From positions 1 to 54,155 of the forward strand of contig CAZJSQ010000004.1 of the NCBI GenBank assembly GCA_964548885.1: 54,155 bases of DNA, read 5' to 3'. Each line of letters opens with the position of its first letter. Within the stretch, counting starts at the first letter, position 1. A program made the translations under genes and the position numbers. A model generated the notes under the pieces. The model worked only from the letters and a program-made list of their open reading frames with translations, made no database searches and was not told where the DNA came from. This stretch comes from an uncultured Gammaproteobacteria bacterium (lineage in GTDB: Bacteria; Patescibacteriota; Patescibacteriia; Patescibacteriales; UBA12465). Below are positions 49,597 through 54,155 of this stretch, piece after piece.

Positions 49597-50655
49597 ATGA
49601 AAAAAATAATATTTTTTGTTATTGGCGTGTTATTTATTTCCTCTTTTCTGGCAAGGGATATTAAAGCACAAGATAATAAAGCGATTTTATACTATGGGAA
49701 CGGTTGCCCTCATTGTGCCGAAGTTGAAGATTTTATAAAAAACAACGCTTTTAATTTTTCTATCGAGCAAAAAGAAATATATCAAAATAAAATCAACGCC
49801 GAAGAGTTTAATAAAGTCTGTGCTGAAGAAGGAATAAGTTTAATGAATAGAGGGGTGCCTTTTCTTTATGCCGAAAATGAATGTTTTATCGGCGATAAAC
49901 AAATTATTTCTTATTTATCTGCCAAACAGAAATCAGCCGAGACAGATAGTCCTGTAAGTAATACTAACGATATAAAAACTAATTTTTCAGAATCTTTGAC
50001 TATGCCGATTTTAATTGGGGCGGCCTTAGTTGATTCTATTAATCCCTGCGAATTTGCGGTTCTCTTAATATTAATTGCCACTATTTTAGCCTCAGGAAAT
50101 AGAAAAAGAGCATTACTATCCGGATTAGCATATTCGGCTTCAATTTTCATTTCTTATTTTTTAATGGGCTTAGGTTTATATTCAGTTATTTCTAGTTTCG
50201 GGACTCCAGTTGTATTTATGAAAATAATTGGTGGTATGGCAATTCTAATTGGTTTATTTAATATTAAAGATTATTTTTGGTATGGGAAAATATTTCTAAT
50301 GGAAGTCCCTTTAAGTTGGCGACCAAAATTAAAGTCTTTAGTGAAATCTATCACCGGTCCACTTAGCGCTTTTTTAATCGGATTCTTGGTGAGCCTATTT
50401 CTGTTACCTTGTACCAGCGGTCCCTATATAGTTATTTTAGGCATGCTTGGTCACAGCGAAACACTCTTAAGAGCCATTTGGTTATTACTTTTATATAACT
50501 TCATATTTATTTTACCGATGATAATTATTAGTATCGGTATGTATTTTGGCATGAATGTTGAGAAAGCCGAAGAAACTAGAAATAAAAACCTAAAAGTATT
50601 ACATTTAATAGCCGGGGTTATTATGGTTATAATGGGTCTATTTTTAATTTTATAA
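49597..50655 (+). CDS. Exported glutaredoxin (CPHC) fused to a CcdA/DsbD-like transmembrane electron transporter
   Basis: Signal peptide, GCPHC, GVP; membrane domain DSINPC...LPCTSGPY. Confidence 0.85.
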   Translation: MKKIIFFVIGVLFISSFLARDIKAQDNKAILYYGNGCPHCAEVEDFIKNNAFNFSIEQKEIYQNKINAEEFNKVCAEEGISLMNRGVPFLYAENECFIGDKQIISYLSAKQKSAETDSPVSNTNDIKTNFSESLTMPILIGAALVDSINPCEFAVLLILIATILASGNRKRALLSGLAYSASIFISYFLMGLGLYSVISSFGTPVVFMKIIGGMAILIGLFNIKDYFWYGKIFLMEVPLSWRPKLKSLVKSITGPLSAFLIGFLVSLFLLPCTSGPYIVILGMLGHSETLLRAIWLLLLYNFIFILPMIIISIGMYFGMNVEKAEETRNKNLKVLHLIAGVIMVIMGLFLIL

Positions 50656-50678
50656 AATTAATAAATAATTATAAGTTT

Positions 50679-51083
50679 ATGAAAGGATTTAACACAAACA
50701 TTGAAAAAGCGACTTTAGAAAATAATTATTTTCGTAAAGTTTTCTATTCAGGAAAACATAGTCAATTGGTTCTAATGTCTCTAAAACCAAAAGAAGAAAT
50801 CGGTTTAGAGATTCATGCGGGAAACGATCAATTCTTCCGTTTTGAAAAAGGACAGGGTAAATGCATAATTGGCAATAATGAATATTTGGTAGAGGACGGC
50901 TCGGCCATAATCGTCCCGGCTGGAGCCGAACATAATATTATAAATATCTCAGAAACTGACGAATTGAAACTATATACAATTTATTCTCCTGCTCACCATA
51001 AGGATCAGATTGTTAGAATCACAAAAGAAGAAGCCGAAGCTAATGACGAAGAATTTGACGGTAAAACTACAGAGCAGTCTTAA
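50679..51083 (+). CDS. Cupin-domain protein
   Basis: EIGLEIH...DQFF..E.G.G; VPAG..HN..N; YSPAHH. Confidence 0.92.
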   Translation: MKGFNTNIEKATLENNYFRKVFYSGKHSQLVLMSLKPKEEIGLEIHAGNDQFFRFEKGQGKCIIGNNEYLVEDGSAIIVPAGAEHNIINISETDELKLYTIYSPAHHKDQIVRITKEEAEANDEEFDGKTTEQS

Positions 51084-51100
51084 TTTATAAATATATAAAA

Positions 51101-51865
51101 ATGGAATCAGATAAGATTAAGAATCATTTATTAGTATTTTCAGGCAAGGGCGGTGTTGGCAAGTCGACCGTGGCTGTTAATTTAGCTATCACTTTAGCAA
51201 AAAAGGGGCTAAAAGTTGGTTTACTAGATGCCGATATTCATGGACCAAATTTAGCTTTGATGCTCGGCGTACAAGAAAAAGCGATTTTTTCTTGTGGAGA
51301 AAATTTTATTTTACCAGTTGAAGTAAATAAAAATTTATTATTAGTTTCTATCGCGTATTTCATACCAAAAACAGATACTCCGGTAATCTGGCGAGGACCA
51401 GCGAAAATGAAAATTATTGAAAGATTTGTAAAAGAAGTAAGCTGGGGAAATTTAGATTGGCTAATAGTTGATGCCCCTCCTGGGACTGGTGATGAGCCGT
51501 TATCGATTGCTCAATTATTGCCAAAATCTAGAGCGGTTATAGTGACTACACCACAAGATGTTTCCTTGCTTGATTCAACCAAGGCAATTAACTTTGCTAA
51601 AGAATTAAAATTAAAAGTTTCTGGGTTAATCGAAAACATGAGCGGTTTAGTTTGTCCTCATTGCGGAGAAACAATAAATATATTTAAAAAAGACGGCGGA
51701 AAAAGAATTGCCAAACAATACAAAATACCATTTCTAGGGTCTATACCGATAGATCCGGAAATTGTTATTTCTGGCGACAATGGAGTTCCTGTTGTTATGA
51801 ATAAAAATTCGGAAATAACTAAAATATTTTCAGCAATTGTTGAAAAACTATTAATTAAGAAATAA
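51101..51865 (+). CDS. mrp: Mrp/NBP35 (ApbC) family Fe-S carrier ATPase
   Basis: SGKGGVGKST, DADIHGP, WRGP, DAPPGTGD, VTTPQ, ENMS...CPHCG. Confidence 0.93.
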   Translation: MESDKIKNHLLVFSGKGGVGKSTVAVNLAITLAKKGLKVGLLDADIHGPNLALMLGVQEKAIFSCGENFILPVEVNKNLLLVSIAYFIPKTDTPVIWRGPAKMKIIERFVKEVSWGNLDWLIVDAPPGTGDEPLSIAQLLPKSRAVIVTTPQDVSLLDSTKAINFAKELKLKVSGLIENMSGLVCPHCGETINIFKKDGGKRIAKQYKIPFLGSIPIDPEIVISGDNGVPVVMNKNSEITKIFSAIVEKLLIKK

Positions 51866-51870
51866 AGAAT

Positions 51871-52611
51871 ATGATAATTTTATCTTCAATTATTTTAGCA
51901 AGTCTAGCAATTAGTTTGTGTGTTTGGGTGGCTGTTTTATTTTTATATTTTAAAAAAGAAACACTACATAAAATAACTTTGTTTTTAGTATCACTGTCCG
52001 CCGGCGCTTTAATGGGTGGTGCTTTTTTGCATCTTCTGCCAGAAGCCGCTCAGGAAATAGAAACCAGTAAATTATATTTAATAGTATTGGCGGCTTTTAT
52101 TTTTTTCTTTTTCATGGAAAAATTATTATTTTGGCGACATTGCCATAAAGAAAATTGTCCGATTCATACTTTTGGATATATGAATTTAGTCGGGGATTCT
52201 TTACATAATTTTATTGATGGATTAGTTATTGCCGGGGCATTTTTAGTTGATATAAAATTAGGAATAGCCACGACGATAGCAATAGCCATACATGAGATAC
52301 CCCAAGAAATTGGTGATTTTGGAGTACTGATTCATGCGGGATTTAATAAAAAAAGAGCCTTAGTGGTAAATTATCTTGTTGCTTTGACGGTTGTTTTGGG
52401 CGGAGTTGTTGGATATTTTATTTCTTTTTCTCTTAATAATATTATTCCCTATCTTTTGCCTTTTGCGGCCGGTGGGTTTATTTATATTGCCGCCTCCGAT
52501 CTTATGCCAGAGTTAAGAAAAGAAAATAATCTAAAAAGATCCATTAGCTCTTTCGCGGTTTTTATATTAGGCATTGCCTTGATGTTGTTAGTAAAGCTGA
52601 TTAATAATTAA
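51871..52611 (+). CDS. ZIP-family metal transporter
   Basis: HLLPEA, His loop HCH..CPIH, HNFIDG, HEIPQEIGDF. Confidence 0.94.
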   Translation: MIILSSIILASLAISLCVWVAVLFLYFKKETLHKITLFLVSLSAGALMGGAFLHLLPEAAQEIETSKLYLIVLAAFIFFFFMEKLLFWRHCHKENCPIHTFGYMNLVGDSLHNFIDGLVIAGAFLVDIKLGIATTIAIAIHEIPQEIGDFGVLIHAGFNKKRALVVNYLVALTVVLGGVVGYFISFSLNNIIPYLLPFAAGGFIYIAASDLMPELRKENNLKRSISSFAVFILGIALMLLVKLINN

Positions 52612-52632
52612 AATAGTGAATTAAAAGTTAAT

Positions 52633-53745
52633 ATGAATAAGTATAAAAAAATTTATATCATGATAGCTTTGGCGGCTTTATTGTTTCCGCTTTTTTCGCA
52701 GGCCAATGAAATTAAAGAAGAAAACACTAATTTCAAGTCCGAAGTGATAGAAGTCATGAAAATAGAAGAAAAAATTAGGGAAGACGGGACTAAATTTAAA
52801 CAGCAAGATTTAAAACTTCTAGGGCTAGAGGGCACTTGGAAAAATAAGGAGATAATTTATAAAGGCATATCTGATATTGAAGTAGCTAACGCTAATTTCT
52901 ATAAAGCCGGGGATGAAGTTTATGTAGAGGGACACACGGACGAATCCGGTCAAGCTATTTTTTATGTGGTTGATTTTGTTAGAAGCGGATATCTTTATAT
53001 TTTATTTATTATTTTTGTCTTAGCTGTTTTGCTAGTTGGCAGAGTTAAAGGACTTAAGGCTTTAATCAGCCTATTTTTAAGTTTTGTAGTTATTATTAAA
53101 TTTATTTTACCGCAAATATTGAATGGCCGAGACCCTTTTTTGATTAGTTTAATAGGGGGTTTGGTTATTTTAGGAATAATAATTTATTTAACAGAGGGCT
53201 TTAAAAGAAAATCTCATATCGCTGTTTTATCGGTTTTGATTTCCTTATCGGCAACCCTAGTACTATCGGTAATTTTTACAAAATTAACTAAATTATCAGG
53301 ATTAGCACAAGAAGAAGCGGCTTTTCTAATTGGTGTTGGAAATGTTGAAATTAATTTTCAGGGCTTATTGCTGGCTGGTTTTATTATCGGTGCCATTGGA
53401 GTCCTAGACGATATTATTGTTGGTCAAATTGAAGCGGTTGAGCAAATCAGAGAAGCTAATCCGAATTTACCGACGAAAAAAGTATTTCAACTAGCTTATA
53501 AGGTTGGCAATACTCATTTAGGCGCAATTGTTAATACTTTATTTCTAACTTACGCCGGCGCCGCCCTACCCCTGCTTCTATTGTTTATTATAAATCAAAA
53601 TTCTGGATTGACGTTCAATCGACTAATTAATACAGAAATAGTCAGCACGGAAATAGTCAGAACTTTAGTCGGTAGTATCGGCGTAATGTTATCAATGCCG
53701 ATTGCCACTTTTTTAGCTTCTATTAAGTTGAAGAATATTAAATAA
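52633..53745 (+). CDS. YibE/F-family membrane protein
   Basis: GRVKGLKAL, IIGAIGVLDD, VNTLFLTYAGAALP, EIVRTLVGSIG. Confidence 0.92.
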   Translation: MNKYKKIYIMIALAALLFPLFSQANEIKEENTNFKSEVIEVMKIEEKIREDGTKFKQQDLKLLGLEGTWKNKEIIYKGISDIEVANANFYKAGDEVYVEGHTDESGQAIFYVVDFVRSGYLYILFIIFVLAVLLVGRVKGLKALISLFLSFVVIIKFILPQILNGRDPFLISLIGGLVILGIIIYLTEGFKRKSHIAVLSVLISLSATLVLSVIFTKLTKLSGLAQEEAAFLIGVGNVEINFQGLLLAGFIIGAIGVLDDIIVGQIEAVEQIREANPNLPTKKVFQLAYKVGNTHLGAIVNTLFLTYAGAALPLLLLFIINQNSGLTFNRLINTEIVSTEIVRTLVGSIGVMLSMPIATFLASIKLKNIK

Positions 53746-53770
53746 TTAAAAATCCCCAATAAATAACCCA

Positions 53771-53799
53771 TTGATTTACGCTCTATTTTCTGCTATAAT
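53771..53799 (+). promoter_or_regulatory. Strong sigma70 promoter with extended -10, with no downstream ORF in the window
   Basis: TTGATT-17 nt-TATAAT, preceded by TG (TGcTATAAT). Confidence 0.7.
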
Positions 53800-53956
53800 G
53801 ATCTCATAGACTTATAAAATAATAATAAAATAATCTATGGCGGGGAGACAAACCTAGCTAAGGCTAGTCAGATTACGGACATATATATAAAAATAGCAGT
53901 CTTCAAATAATATAATAAATATAAGCAAAGTCTAAATCTTTGCCAACTCAACTATA

Positions 53957-53999
53957 GACACAAGCAATATATCCGGATATATCGCTTGTGTTTTTGTTT
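53957..53999 (+). terminator. Terminator-like hairpin
   Basis: gacacaagc-(atatatccggatatat)-gcttgtgtt followed by T-rich sequence. Confidence 0.65.
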
Positions 54000-54008
54000 G
54001 GCCGAGTG

Positions 54009-54062
54009 GCCGTCTTATCGGGGCTACTGCTAAGCCCCAGATAAGACGGCTCTAACTTTTTT
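54009..54062 (+). other. Strong GC-rich hairpin, possibly a second terminator
   Basis: gccgtcttatc-ggggct/agcccc-a-gataagacggc, then a T6 tract. Confidence 0.6.
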
Positions 54063-54155
54063 AGTGTTCCTTTGATGTAAACATAGTCCGGCCGGCTCTC
54101 TGTTTTTTTCTTTTTTTCGGCGGATCCCCCGTGGGGGAGCCGAAAAAAGAAAAAC

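Noticed and set aside
53837-53857. Leader peptide MAGRQT
   Set aside because: No SD and no regulatory codon run; likely chance.
1-54155. Alternative genetic code (TGA=Gly, code 25)
   Set aside because: Core genes are full-length under code 11 and TGA ends genes (for example at 222-224 and 24521-24523).

Overview
54-kb segment of a Patescibacteria (CPR) chromosome. Gene content and style suggest a Parcubacteria/ABY1-type lineage such as Falkowbacteria; this is inference. It uses standard genetic code 11. The window begins with an operon of very large secreted, Cys-rich surface proteins, two of which start with paralogous TrbC/VirB2-like pilin domains. A long core region follows: rel/spoT, rpsU, a divergent hisS, lepB, queA, ruvB, an intein-containing UvrD-PD-(D/E)XK helicase-nuclease, M16 peptidase, radC, O-antigen ligase, rmuC, gyrA, an Adk-like kinase, a ComEC-type MBL, glyS/argS/tyrS, a tandem double PilB/GspE ATPase, a translin-family protein, a phosphoesterase, suhB, a UvrA lacking the UvrB-binding domain, PLD and PlsC. 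The window ends with an AT-rich metal/redox cassette (DUF5320, DUF134, Grx-CcdA, cupin, Mrp, ZIP, YibE/F) with a palindromic operator over its -10 box, then a promoter-driven, hairpin-rich non-coding stretch. Best leads: (1) an intein with a GIY-YIG-like rather than LAGLIDADG insert; (2) pilin-fused giant adhesin-like proteins; (3) the covalently duplicated PilB motor co-transcribed with a translin-type RNase; (4) an unannotated 36-aa histone-H1-like peptide gene; (5) the DUF134 operator and cassette; (6) two candidate structured RNAs. No CRISPR array, rRNA, tRNA, transposase or reverse transcriptase was seen.
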